Source: Clostridia bacterium
Lineage (GTDB): Bacteria; Bacillota; Clostridia; Oscillospirales; Ethanoligenentaceae
NCBI GenBank assembly: GCA_031292115.1
Contig: JARLHS010000111.1
Span: 1 to 15,173, forward strand
Direction of reading: 5' to 3'
DNA: 15,173 nt
Part shown: positions 1-7,936 of the stretch, one piece after another
Layout of the letters: each line of letters opens with the position of its first letter
How positions within the stretch are numbered: position 1 is the stretch's first letter
Made by a program: the position numbers and the translations under genes
Notes under the pieces: model-generated
Told to the model about the DNA's origin: nothing
Seen by the model: the letters and a program-made list of their open reading frames with translations, nothing else
Databases searched by the model: none

Positions 1-371
1 GCCTCGGGCAGGCTGCCGCCGCGCCGCACAGGCTTGAGCACGACAATGTCGGAAGGCATCGCGCCCTCGAGGTACTGCTTTTTAATAAAGGTATCGCCCG
101 AGCCGTCGGCGAGCGACGCGAAGCCGCCGGTTTTTGTGAGGTTGCGCATCACGCCGGCCATGATGCCCGCTTCCTTCGCGCCCTGCACACGGCCGTTCTT
201 CGTAATCAGGAGCAGGCCTTCGCACTCCATTGTAGCCACAATCTCCGCGAGCTTGGGCCACTCGGCGGCATCCAGACGCAGATGCGCGCCCAGGCCGTTG
301 ACGGTTTCGGATTTGTATTTTTTTGAAGACAGGATTTCTATTACCTGCCGCCTTACCTCATCGGTATTCAA
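1..371 (-). CDS. rnr: ribonuclease R, N-terminal portion; the gene continues beyond the window start
   Basis: Minus-strand frame is open from position 1 to a TTG start at 369-371, 8 nt downstream of a GGAGG RBS (complement of 380-384). The translation (M/L)NTDEVRRQVIEILSSKKYKSETVNGLGAHLRL...TKTGGFASLADGSGDTFIKKQYLEGAMPSDIVVLKPV has the RNase R N-terminal HTH plus cold-shock-like signature (GFGF-type segment, DxFI, AM.GD.V). secG lies immediately upstream in the same orientation, as in the conserved secG-rnr arrangement. The plus-strand ORF 34..387 in the track is the antisense artefact of this gene. Confidence 0.65.
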   Translation of the reverse strand, partial: MNTDEVRRQVIEILSSKKYKSETVNGLGAHLRLDAAEWPKLAEIVATMECEGLLLITKNGRVQGAKEAGIMAGVMRNLTKTGGFASLADGSGDTFIKKQYLEGAMPSDIVVLKPVRRGGSLPE

Positions 372-556
372 TCAATTTTCCTCCTGAATGGATAGCCGCG
401 CCCTGCGCAATGCAAGGCCCGGTAAATTTAGTCTTCTCTTTTTTCGTTCATGCATGCATCCGCCGATACGGGTAAAAAAAGGGACTCGGGCGTAAAAACG
501 GCGCGCTGTGAGCCGTTTATGCGCCCGAGCCCCTTTAAACAGCCGTCATCCGGCTG

Positions 557-805
557 CTATTTGAGCACAATTGCGTTGACAACGATCGTAAGTACAACGA
601 ACACAGCCGCAAGAACCTTCGTTGCCGTTGAAAGCAATGTATCGATCGTCCTTGCCTTTTTTTTGCCAAGGAATGTTTCCGCCGCGCCGCCGGCGATCGC
701 GCCGCCGAGATAGGCCGACCTTCCGTGCTGGGCAAGCACGATGACGGTGAGCAACACCGAGCTAATAAACAGCAGCACACTGCCGATAATCTGCAGCAGG
801 GTCAT
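557..805 (-). CDS. secG: preprotein translocase subunit SecG
   Basis: 82-aa product MTLLQIIGSVLLFISSVLLTVIVLAQHGRSAYLGGAIAGGAAETFLGKKKARTID... has two TM segments and the conserved SecG glycine-rich GGA..GG..FG motif. GGAGG RBS lies 6 nt upstream of the ATG (complement of 803-805). Confidence 0.85.
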   Translation of the reverse strand: MTLLQIIGSVLLFISSVLLTVIVLAQHGRSAYLGGAIAGGAAETFLGKKKARTIDTLLSTATKVLAAVFVVLTIVVNAIVLK

Positions 806-858
806 GTTGATTCCTCCAAAAAAGCCCGTGGGCTTACATTCTTTCAGACACGCATATT

Positions 859-887
859 ACTATATCATATTTACACCGGGTTTGCAA
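859..887 (-). promoter_or_regulatory. sigma-A-type promoter for secG (TTGCAA-N17-TATAGT on minus strand)
   Basis: Complement of 882-887 reads TTGCAA and complement of 859-864 reads TATAGT, separated by a 17-nt spacer. It sits about 50 nt upstream of the secG RBS. Confidence 0.5.
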
Positions 888-989
888 TCGTTTTATGAAA
901 TTAAATATGTACGGGCATGTCGGATCAGACGGTCTGCGCCCCGGCCCGGACGCACGCCGCCTGATCACCCCGCAGAATACGGGCGGCAC

Positions 990-1454
990 TCATTCGTCGT
1001 CGCACAGGCCGCAGCCTGTCTGTACGTTGCAAAACGCGCAAAGCAGTATGGTGGCAAAGAGAAACAGCGAAAAGAAAAAGAATGTCACGATGATAAATGC
1101 AAGGATCTCCATCAAAAGCAGCGAAGGCGTCAGCGCAATCAGCAGCAGAAGCGCGACGATTAGGATGAGCAGCGAGATCAGAAGGCCGACGGCAAAATCA
1201 AAGATGCACCGGGCGGCCGTGGAAGACGCACTGGTGTCTCTGTCGCTGCGCCTGCGCGCATAGAAGAACAGAAACAGGATTATGAGTGCCGCGAGCACAA
1301 AAAGCGTGAACGCGAAAAGATACGGTATGACCGCCATGAGGCCGGACAGCGCGCCGATGCTGACCAGCACGGCGGCGCCGATACCAAGCAGCAGGCTTAT
1401 GATAAACAGGACGATGCCGATAAAAAAGCTCCGATTCATATGAATCATTCCCAT
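990..1454 (-). CDS. hypothetical polytopic membrane protein with C-terminal CxxC-x5-CxxC cluster
   Basis: The ORF encodes four strongly hydrophobic 20-25 aa segments (for example FFIGIVLFIISLLLGIGAAVLVSIGAL and LISLLILIVALLLLIALTPSLLL) and ends ...CAFCNVQTGCGLCDDE. The start is uncertain: ATGs at complement 1454, 1448 and 1439 all lack a good SD. The longer N-terminal extension in the track overlaps the dus promoter and is unlikely to be translated. Confidence 0.45.
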   Translation of the reverse strand: MGMIHMNRSFFIGIVLFIISLLLGIGAAVLVSIGALSGLMAVIPYLFAFTLFVLAALIILFLFFYARRRSDRDTSASSTAARCIFDFAVGLLISLLILIVALLLLIALTPSLLLMEILAFIIVTFFFFSLFLFATILLCAFCNVQTGCGLCDDE

Positions 1455-1531
1455 TACGGATTTGGCGAACGGGTCGTCAATAACAGTATATGCCCGCGGC
1501 TCGAGTCCGGCTCCGGCTGCGCGCGCGGCGG

Positions 1532-1560
1532 TTGACAAACGCGCGGGCGCGCGGTATCAT
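1532..1560 (+). promoter_or_regulatory. sigma-A-type promoter for dus (TTGACA-N17-TATCAT)
   Basis: TTGACA at 1532-1537, 17-nt GC-rich spacer, TATCAT at 1555-1560. It is followed by a structured leader of about 110 nt (hairpins gctgca...tgcagc and cccgg...ccggg) before the RBS GGGGGAAA and the ATG at 1670. Confidence 0.6.
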
Positions 1561-1669
1561 CTTTTGGGGCAGATCCCTGCGTCGGCTGTTTTGCTGACCG
1601 CCGCTGCAACGGATGCTGCAGCCGGGCGAATAGCCCGGTTGAGACTGCGAATACCCGGGGGAAACACAC

Positions 1670-2641
1670 ATGAAGATCGGAAATGTTGAAATAAAGGGAT
1701 TTACGGCGCTCGCGCCGATGGCCGGCGTGGCCGACACCGCCTTCCGGCTGATATGCAGGGAATGCGGCGCCGCGTATGTCGTGGGCGAGATGGCAAGTGC
1801 CAAGGGCCTGATGATGTCCGATCGCAAAACGGCCGAGCTTCTCACGGTGACGCCCGCGGAGCGCCCGATGGCCGTGCAGCTTTTCGGGGACGACCCCGGC
1901 ATCATTGCGGCGGCTGTAAAAAAGGCCGCGTCTTTCGGGCCGGATATTATCGATATCAACATGGGCTGCCCCGTGCCGAAGGTGGCGGGCAACGGCGGCG
2001 GCAGCGCTCTGATGAAAAATCCCTCGCTTGCGGGCCACATCATCGAGGCAGCCGTAAAGGCAACCGTCCTCCCGGTGACGGTGAAGCTGCGCAAGGGGTG
2101 GGACGCCTCCAGCGTCAACGCCGTGGAGATTGCAAAGATCGCGCAGGAATGCGGCGCGGCCGCGGTGACCATCCACGGGCGCACACGCGATCAGATGTAT
2201 GCCCCGCCCGCGGATCTTACAATCATTGCCGCCGTGAAGGCCGCCGTGAAGATCCCCGTGATCGGGAATGGCGACGTGCGCACTCCGGAGGAGGCACGTC
2301 ATATGCTTGAAGCGACGGGCTGTGACCTTGTGATGATCGGCCGCGGCGCGCTCGGCGCACCATGGGTTTTCGCGCAGACCGAGCAGTTTCTGAGAGAAGG
2401 CTTCTATGACCCGGCGCCGGAGCTGCCCGCGCGCATGGAGATGATGGTGCGGCACATCACGCTGCTGTGCGCGCTGCGCGGCGAAGAACATGGCATGCGT
2501 GAGGCGCGCAAGCACGCGGCCTGGTATTTTCGCGGCACGGAGGGAGCGGCCTCGCTGCGCGCGGACGCGGGCCGGCTTGAAACGCTTGAAGATCTGCGCC
2601 GCCTTGCACAACGCGCGCAGAAGCTCAGCGCGGGGCGGTAA
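1670..2641 (+). CDS. dus: tRNA-dihydrouridine synthase (DusB-like, TIM-barrel flavoenzyme)
   Basis: 323-aa product begins MKIGNVEIKGFTALAPMAGVADTAFRLICRECGAAYVVGEMASAKGL and contains DINMGCPVPKV and the catalytic-loop region, the hallmark Dus family motifs. A purine-rich RBS precedes the ATG. Confidence 0.93.
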   Translation: MKIGNVEIKGFTALAPMAGVADTAFRLICRECGAAYVVGEMASAKGLMMSDRKTAELLTVTPAERPMAVQLFGDDPGIIAAAVKKAASFGPDIIDINMGCPVPKVAGNGGGSALMKNPSLAGHIIEAAVKATVLPVTVKLRKGWDASSVNAVEIAKIAQECGAAAVTIHGRTRDQMYAPPADLTIIAAVKAAVKIPVIGNGDVRTPEEARHMLEATGCDLVMIGRGALGAPWVFAQTEQFLREGFYDPAPELPARMEMMVRHITLLCALRGEEHGMREARKHAAWYFRGTEGAASLRADAGRLETLEDLRRLAQRAQKLSAGR

Positions 2642-2658
2642 TGCTAATTTTTAATAGA

Positions 2659-2699
2659 ACACAGGGGGCTCCGGTTCATGCCGGAGCCCCCACACTGTG
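2659..2699 (+). terminator. GC-rich stem-loop downstream of dus (11-bp perfect stem gggggctccgg / ccggagccccc, 6-nt loop, imperfect outer extension)
   Basis: Arms are at 2664-2674 and 2681-2691, with outer pairing cacag at 2659-2663 and ctgtg at 2695-2699. There is no U-tract, so it may be a factor-dependent terminator or an RNA stability element. Confidence 0.5.
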
Positions 2700-2801
2700 C
2701 AGGCTGCAGAGAACCCGGTTTTGGAACCGGCTGTACAAAAATTATTACCCGCTTGCGCGCCCATCCCAGTCCCGTCCCTGCGCGGAATGAACTATAAATA
2801 T

Positions 2802-2846
2802 GGGGGGAATCCGTGAAAATCCTCCGGATTTTCACGGATTCCCCCC
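2802..2846 (-). terminator. 21-bp perfect inverted repeat with 3-nt loop immediately 3' of the ASKHA gene
   Basis: Arm 2802-2822 (ggggggaatccgtgaaaatcc), loop tcc, arm 2826-2846 (ggattttcacggattcccccc) is the exact reverse complement. The gene's stop codon at 2866-2868 lies 20 nt away. A third small hairpin (ccggtt ttgg aaccgg, about 2715-2730) lies between this and the dus hairpin. Confidence 0.55.
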
Positions 2847-2865
2847 ATGCCCCCACCTAAAAGGT

Positions 2866-4682
2866 TTAAAACATCATCTGCTCGATATACTGTTCCTGAA
2901 AATATGGATAGCCCGAAAGCTCGACATAGCTGCAGCATGCCACGAGCTCCGTGAGCCTTTGATAGCTGCCCGAGGCAAGGAGCGTCTGCGAGGCGCCCAT
3001 GCCGGCCGCATTGCCCACCGCGCGGATCTTCGGCTCAAGCTCAGGCGGCAGCAGCCCGATTTCGCAGGCACTTGCTCCATTGATGTGCGAGCCGAAGCCG
3101 CCCGCGAGCAGCAGGCTCTGTACGTCGCTAACGCGGATGCCCGCCTCTTTTATCAGGCAGGTGATACCGGCGGCAATGGCCGCCTTGGCAAGCTGCACCT
3201 CACGCACATCCTTCTGCGTGATGCAGATGCCGCTTTCTGGGTCGATCACAAACGCGGGCTCCCCGTCGATCTCGGTCAGGCGCGGCGCAAGCGAGGCGTC
3301 TTCAAGCTCATCCGGGTCGGTAATGCGGCCGGTTTCGTCGATCACACCGAGCCGCTTCATCACGGCAAGCGCGTCGATGAGCCCCGAGCCGCAAAGGCCG
3401 ATGGGAGGCACCCCGCCGATCGTTTCAAAATCAATCTGTACTGCACCATTGCGCATTGCGTCAGCGCGCATTGTGTCGGCGCGCACTCCGCTGATCGCGC
3501 CCCATACGCCGCCGGTGCCGTATTTAATATGAGCGCCCTCAAATGCCGGGCCCGCCGCGGTGGAGCAGCAGACGATCTCCCCGCCGTGGCGCAGCGCCAT
3601 TTCGCCGTTGGTGCCGATATCGATATAGAGGCAGGTGTCCTTCATGCGGTCAAGGCCGCAGGCGAGCATGCCCGCCGTGATGTCGCCGCCCACATAGGAA
3701 GAAAGGCAGGGTGAGAAATAGACCTGCGCGGCCTGCGCAAGCTCAAGCCCGATCTGCTCCGCGCCGAGCGTGAAGCCGAAAAGGCTGCACGGGATAAACG
3801 GCGCGCTGGCGATATTCGCGGGGCTCAGGCCCGCCGCGATGTGCTGCATCGTGGTGTTGCCGGCTATCGTCGCCTGATAGAGATTCCCCCGCTTGAAGCC
3901 GCTTTTGCGGCAGAAGCTTTGAACAAAGCCGTTGAGCTGGCCGATAATCGCCTCCTGAAGCGCGCGCAGGCCCTCCGGCATGTCGATGCAGGCGGCGATG
4001 CGCGAAATGACGTCGGCGCCGAATCCCTTCTGCTCGTTGAGCCCGCTCTCGATGCCAAGCAGGCGGCCGGTTTCAAGATCGTAGAAATAGGCCACGACGG
4101 TGGTGGTGCCGATATCGACGGCCATGCCGGCCGCTTTCGGTTTCTCCGGGCAGACGTCGAGCACCGTTTCGCCGTCTTTTACATAGAAGAGGCTCCATTT
4201 GCCCGCACGTGTGAGCGCCGGAAGCTTTTTAAGCGCCGCATAGGAGGCGTCGGCGGCTTTCGCCGCCGAGAGAAGGTTGCCCCGGTCATCCAGAGGGTTT
4301 TTGAGCGTGGGTATGGTGAGCGTCGCTTCGCCCACGGTGACTGTCGGCTCGAAATCATAGGCTTCCGACCTGCCGGAGGTTTCAATCGAAGCGTTTTCCT
4401 CAGGCAGCCGCAGCTCGCAATCCCCGAGCAGGCGCGCGTAACAGGCGAGCCGCATGCCGCTGCGAAGCTCACCCTCGGTGAGAAACGAGCGCTCGCGCTC
4501 CTCCGGCTCCGAAAGAGCGCCCGCCGCGTAGAGCCTGCATTTGCCGCAGCGGCCGTTCCCGCCGCAGGGCGCGTCGAAGCCCACCTGCGACTGCGCAAAC
4601 AGCTCGCGGATGGTGATGCCGGCTTCGGCTTCGAGGCTTGCGCTGCCCCCGTCTGCGTATAAAAGCACATGGATTTTCATTT
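2866..4682 (-). CDS. ASKHA-domain protein with N-terminal plant-type [2Fe-2S] ferredoxin domain (RACo-like reductive activator / DUF4445 family)
   Basis: Start is chosen at MKIHVLLYADGG (ATG complement 4680-4682) with GGAGAA RBS 8 nt upstream. The track ORF extends further but that extension has no RBS. The N-terminus has CGGNGRCGKCR...C ferredoxin cysteines. The remaining roughly 500 aa carry actin/sugar-kinase-like ATPase glycine-rich motifs (DIGTTTV, DIGTNGE, LCGSGLIDA, AGGFG). Confidence 0.85.
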
Positions 4683-4905
4683 TGTTTTCTCCTGTATGTT
4701 TACTGGCGCGCCGGAAATCTCGTGATTGTCGAAAACAGATTGCGGTACGAATTCCTGCTTGAACAAGCGCCGTCTCTGCTGCCGGGCTTCTACCATCATA
4801 GCACATTTTCCGGCAGGATAAAATGAAATAATTCATGATATTTTGTAATTAATCCCGACCGCCCCGGCATTTTCGGGGCACGTGGGCGAAGCGGCAACGC
4901 ACCGC

Positions 4906-4934
4906 TTGACTTTCCGTATTTGCAGAGCTACAAT
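4906..4934 (+). promoter_or_regulatory. sigma-A-type promoter for the SPFH gene (TTGACT-N17-TACAAT)
   Basis: TTGACT at 4906-4911, 17-nt spacer, TACAAT at 4929-4934. It is about 80 nt upstream of the ATG at 5016 and preceded by the hairpin ccccggcattttcgggg at 4862-4878. Confidence 0.6.
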
Positions 4935-5015
4935 GGAGAAGAAATCCGCCGCGTCGCAGGTAGCAGAAGCGCGTGCGCGCGGATAAAAAATTGTTTGCAG
5001 AAGGAGCCGATCGCC

Positions 5016-5912
5016 ATGCAGGGTTATATTTGGGCGCTGGTTGTCCTCATTCTCGTCATTTTCTTCGCGGGTATCCGCATCATCCGCCCAACGGAGCGCG
5101 GGCTCATCGAAACGCTCGGCAAATACACAGGTTTCGCGCAGCCCGGTTTCCACTGGGTTATCCCGATCATACAGCGGCTTTTCCCCGTCAACATCACCGA
5201 GCAGATGGTCAATGCGGATCCCCAGGTGATCATCACCAACGACAACCTGAATGCGACCGTCGACGCGCAGGTTTATTTCAAGGTGAAGACCGATGAGGAC
5301 AGCGTTAAAAGCTCACAGTACAACGCCGCAAACTACAGATATCAGATTGTAAATCTTGCGCGCACGACGCTGCGTAATATCATCGGCACGATGTCGCTGC
5401 GTTCCGCGAACAGCGAGCGCGGCCGGATCAACACCGATCTTCACAAGACGCTCGAAGTGGAGACGAAAAACTGGGGCATCGAGATCACGCGCACCGAGCT
5501 CAAGGAAATCGACCCGCCGAAGGATGTCCAGGAAACAATGAACAAGGTCGTGAAGGCGGAGAACGAAAAGATGGCCGCCATCGACTTTGCGACGGCTGCC
5601 GAAACGCAGGCCGACGGCATCAAGCGCGCGGCGATCAAGAAGGCCGAGGGCGTGAAGCAGTCGAAGATCCTCGAGGCCGAAGGCGACGCTCAGGCAATCA
5701 AGCTCGTCAACGAAGCCGCCGAGACCTATTTCGTGGGCAACGCGCAGCTGCTGCGCAGACTGCAGGCGCTTGAGACATCCCTCAAGGATAACGCGAAGGT
5801 CGTCGTGCCTTCCGATACCGAGCTCATCAACGTCATCGGCGAGATGGCGGGCGTGCTGCCGATCGACAGGAAATCGGCCCCGAAGCCTGTCGCACGCACG
5901 ACCTCTGAGTGA
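5016..5912 (+). CDS. SPFH/band-7 (stomatin/slipin-like) membrane protein
   Basis: AAGGAG RBS at 5001-5006, ATG at 5016. One N-terminal TM segment (YIWALVVLILVIFFAGIRII) is followed by the SPFH core (ITNDNLNATVDAQVYFKV...LRNIIG...LEVETKNWGIEITRTELKEIDPP) and an Ala/Glu/Lys-rich coiled-coil tail. Confidence 0.9.
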   Translation: MQGYIWALVVLILVIFFAGIRIIRPTERGLIETLGKYTGFAQPGFHWVIPIIQRLFPVNITEQMVNADPQVIITNDNLNATVDAQVYFKVKTDEDSVKSSQYNAANYRYQIVNLARTTLRNIIGTMSLRSANSERGRINTDLHKTLEVETKNWGIEITRTELKEIDPPKDVQETMNKVVKAENEKMAAIDFATAAETQADGIKRAAIKKAEGVKQSKILEAEGDAQAIKLVNEAAETYFVGNAQLLRRLQALETSLKDNAKVVVPSDTELINVIGEMAGVLPIDRKSAPKPVARTTSE

Positions 5913-5971
5913 CTGAAAGCTGACAGCCGGGCCGCCGGCGCCGGGAAACCCGGATATACATCAAGAATTTG

Positions 5972-5998
5972 GTAGCCTGCCCCGAAAGGGCAGGCTAC
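5972..5998. terminator. bidirectional stem-loop: 11-bp stem with GAAA-containing loop, between convergent SPFH and phosphoesterase genes
   Basis: gtagcctgccc (5972-5982) / gggcaggctac (5988-5998) are exact reverse complements, with loop cgaaa. It is followed by tgcttt on the plus strand. Confidence 0.6.
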
Positions 5999-6075
5999 TG
6001 CTTTAGTCTGCTGAAAACCGATTGATCCGATCATACGATTCTCCCGTTAAAATTCGGATGATATCCACATTTTAG

Positions 6076-6098
6076 TGCCTGCCGCTCTGCGGCAGGCA
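6076..6098 (-). terminator. 10-bp stem / 3-nt loop hairpin directly 3' of the metallophosphoesterase gene
   Basis: tgcctgccgc (6076-6085) / gcggcaggca (6089-6098). The stop codon of the minus-strand gene is at 6110-6112. The U-tract is weak. Confidence 0.5.
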
Positions 6099-6109
6099 GC
6101 ATCCAGGGC

Positions 6110-7340
6110 CTACTTCACCTTTGTGTGACCTCTGCGGATTCTCTTCACAAGGGTGATGACAAGCAGCAGCGCCACCATCAGCCCGATGATTGCCGAAAGC
6201 AGCATGGGGATTGCCACCCGCAGCTCGTTGGAAAAATAGGAATCGTTGATCGTCGTATCCGCTTTGGGCGATACAAGGTCTTTATAATACAATACCTGCG
6301 TCTTATAAGTGTTCAGATTGCTCTCGTCAAGCTCAAAGGTACGCACGCCACGGTATACCCCGTTGCCATACATATTGAAACCCGCGCCGGGGGTGTAGCC
6401 GAGGTCGATCCCGTCAAGCGTGCCTTTCAGGTCGTTGACATGGTCGTGGCCGAAGTAGGCGCCGAGGATGTCGCCCTGTTTGACCCATGCGGCAAATTCG
6501 CCGCTGTTTTTGTCGGGGCTGCAGGGGGCTTCCAGCAGTTTACCCGCCGCGATACTGGTGTTGAGAACATAGTAATTCTTCGAGTTCGTGCGGTAGCCCT
6601 CAATGGCTCCCTTTGTTCCTTTGGGCACCACGGTGAGAAGGTCGTAGATTTCAGGCACCGGAATGTGCTGAAAAAGCAGTGAAGGAAGCGACTTGCCCCC
6701 GTTTTGCTGCTTTAACGCGTCGCTTGTTCTTTCATACCATGCGATCTGATCGGCATTCACGCTCTGATAGCCGCCGCCGGCAGCGCTTGTGCCCGAATCG
6801 ATCATCCATATGTTGAATACGTTTTTGCTGCCCGTGCTGTCCTTGATCGGCAGGTTATAGGTGCCGCAATTTGAAATGCCGCTGCCCTCGTCGACGGCAA
6901 GGCAGTTTTTGTACGTCTGGTACATCTTCATCTGGGTTTCCTTTGAAACGCCGCTTTCCTGATCATGGTTGCCAAAGACGATGGCAAAGGGGATGTTGCG
7001 GTCGTTGATGGGTGCGACGATGTTGTCGATGGCCTTGCGGACCTTTGCCTCATTGACGCCGAGCCAGGTGCCGGCGATGTTATCCCCGTCGAGGACGACA
7101 AGATCGGGCTTCACCTTGTCAAGGGAATTTACGATCAGCTTGACCGTATCCTTGATTGTCTTATCGGTATCCTGCGTGTCGTTGAACATCAGGACGGTGA
7201 ATTTCCCGCTGGAGTTGAATTTCAGCACGGGCCTGTCGGCCGTGGCCGCCGCGGAAACGGCAAACACCGAAGCCGTCGAGGAAAGCAGGACAGCCGCCGT
7301 GACCGCGGCCGCCAACATCAATCTGAGAGCCTTTTTCATT
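6110..7340 (-). CDS. exported calcineurin-like metallophosphoesterase with signal peptide and C-terminal TM anchor
   Basis: Start MKKALRLMLAAAVTAAVLLSSTASVFA (signal peptide), with ATG at complement 7338-7340 and AAGGATGG RBS 8 nt upstream. Motifs VVLDGDNIAG and FAIVFGNHD (D..GD..GNHD metallophosphatase signature) plus GHDHVN are present. The C-terminus has the hydrophobic IPMLLSAIIGLMVALLLVITLV followed by basic KRIRRGHTKVK. Confidence 0.85.
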
Positions 7341-7451
7341 GATATAACCATCCTTTCGCGCTGAAACCGGGATGTTTTGCCCAGGTGCAAGCAGTTTTCC
7401 ATGCGCCGAAAAGCATGCCGTCTGCAGCTCCATCGGAGCCTGCAGGGCCCG

Positions 7452-7553
7452 TCACATCACCAGTATCAGCCTTGTTACCACCGCAATCGCCAGCGTGCAG
7501 AATGAAATAACCAGCAGGATGTAATAAACATAGCTGTCGAACTTTTTCATCAT
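7452..7553 (-). CDS. 33-aa hydrophobic micropeptide (single TM), not in the ORF track
   Basis: AAAAGGAG RBS (complement of 7559-7566) is followed 5 nt later by ATGATG. Translation is MMKKFDSYVYYILLVISFCTLAIAVVTRLILVM, stop TGA at complement 7452-7454. It lies between the 88-aa membrane protein gene and the phosphoesterase gene on the same strand. Confidence 0.4.
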   Translation of the reverse strand: MMKKFDSYVYYILLVISFCTLAIAVVTRLILVM

Positions 7554-7575
7554 AAGGCTCCTTTTTACCGCAGAA

Positions 7576-7842
7576 TCAATACGGATACACATAATTGGCG
7601 ACGACCACCACGGCGTTCGCCAGCAGGAAGTTGATCAATATGATGAGCGTCAGGACAAACACCTTTTTGTTTTTCGGAAGTTCCCTTCGGTAATCCCTGG
7701 CATGCAGCGCGATAAAAAGCAAAAACAGGGCACTCAGAACGTACGACAGCCAGACCATGTTATTTCGCAGGCTGAGAAAGGTAAGCCCGGCCATCACGAT
7801 AAAAAGAGCATCCACAGCCTTGCCGTAGCCGCTTTTTTCCAT
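7576..7842 (-). CDS. 88-aa three-TM membrane protein of unknown function
   Basis: Start chosen at MEKSGYGK (ATG complement 7840-7842), 9 nt after AAAAGGAG. The ATG three codons upstream, used in the track, abuts the RBS. Three hydrophobic helices (ALFIVMAGLTFLSL, LSYVLSALFLLFIAL, VFVLTLIILINFLLANAVVVVA). A TATAAT -10 lies on the minus strand at the complement of 7893-7898. Confidence 0.6.
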   Translation of the reverse strand: MEKSGYGKAVDALFIVMAGLTFLSLRNNMVWLSYVLSALFLLFIALHARDYRRELPKNKKVFVLTLIILINFLLANAVVVVANYVYPY

Positions 7843-7907
7843 ATGCCGCATCTCCTTTTATTTAAATATTTTTCAATTGTGATACAGTAAAAATTATATC
7901 ATTTCCA

Positions 7908-7936
7908 TTGAAATTTTTATAGACCCAATTGATAAT
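7908..7936 (+). promoter_or_regulatory. orphan sigma-A-like promoter (TTGAAA-N17-GATAAT) in AT-rich island with no obvious downstream CDS
   Basis: TTGAAA at 7908-7913, 17-nt spacer, GATAAT at 7931-7936. Downstream lies only an 11-codon ORF, then GC-rich hairpins at about 7973-8002 (cccggcg...cgccggg) and 8033-8050 (ggccg gctat gcggcc). Confidence 0.3.

Noticed and set aside
34-780. Plus-strand ORFs 34..387 and 450..713, and minus-strand ORF 535..780
   Set aside because: They are shadow frames of rnr and secG. The real genes are on the minus strand, with RBSs and family motifs.
1561-1669. Riboswitch in the 110-nt dus leader
   Set aside because: It contains hairpins but none of the conserved cores I can recognise (no c-di-GMP, T-box, SAM or FMN signature). 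It is most likely just a structured GC-rich 5' UTR.
1454-2611. 385-aa minus-strand ORF overlapping the whole dus gene
   Set aside because: It is antisense to a confidently identified, motif-bearing plus-strand gene in very GC-rich DNA, where long spurious open frames are expected. The product is Arg/Ala/His-rich low-complexity sequence with no recognisable family.
2800-4762. Several plus-strand ORFs (2800..3714, 2999..3532, 3841..4662, 4541..4762) inside the ASKHA gene region
   Set aside because: All are antisense or out-of-frame to the 605-aa ferredoxin-ASKHA protein. Their products are Ala/Arg/Gly-rich translations typical of high-GC shadow frames.
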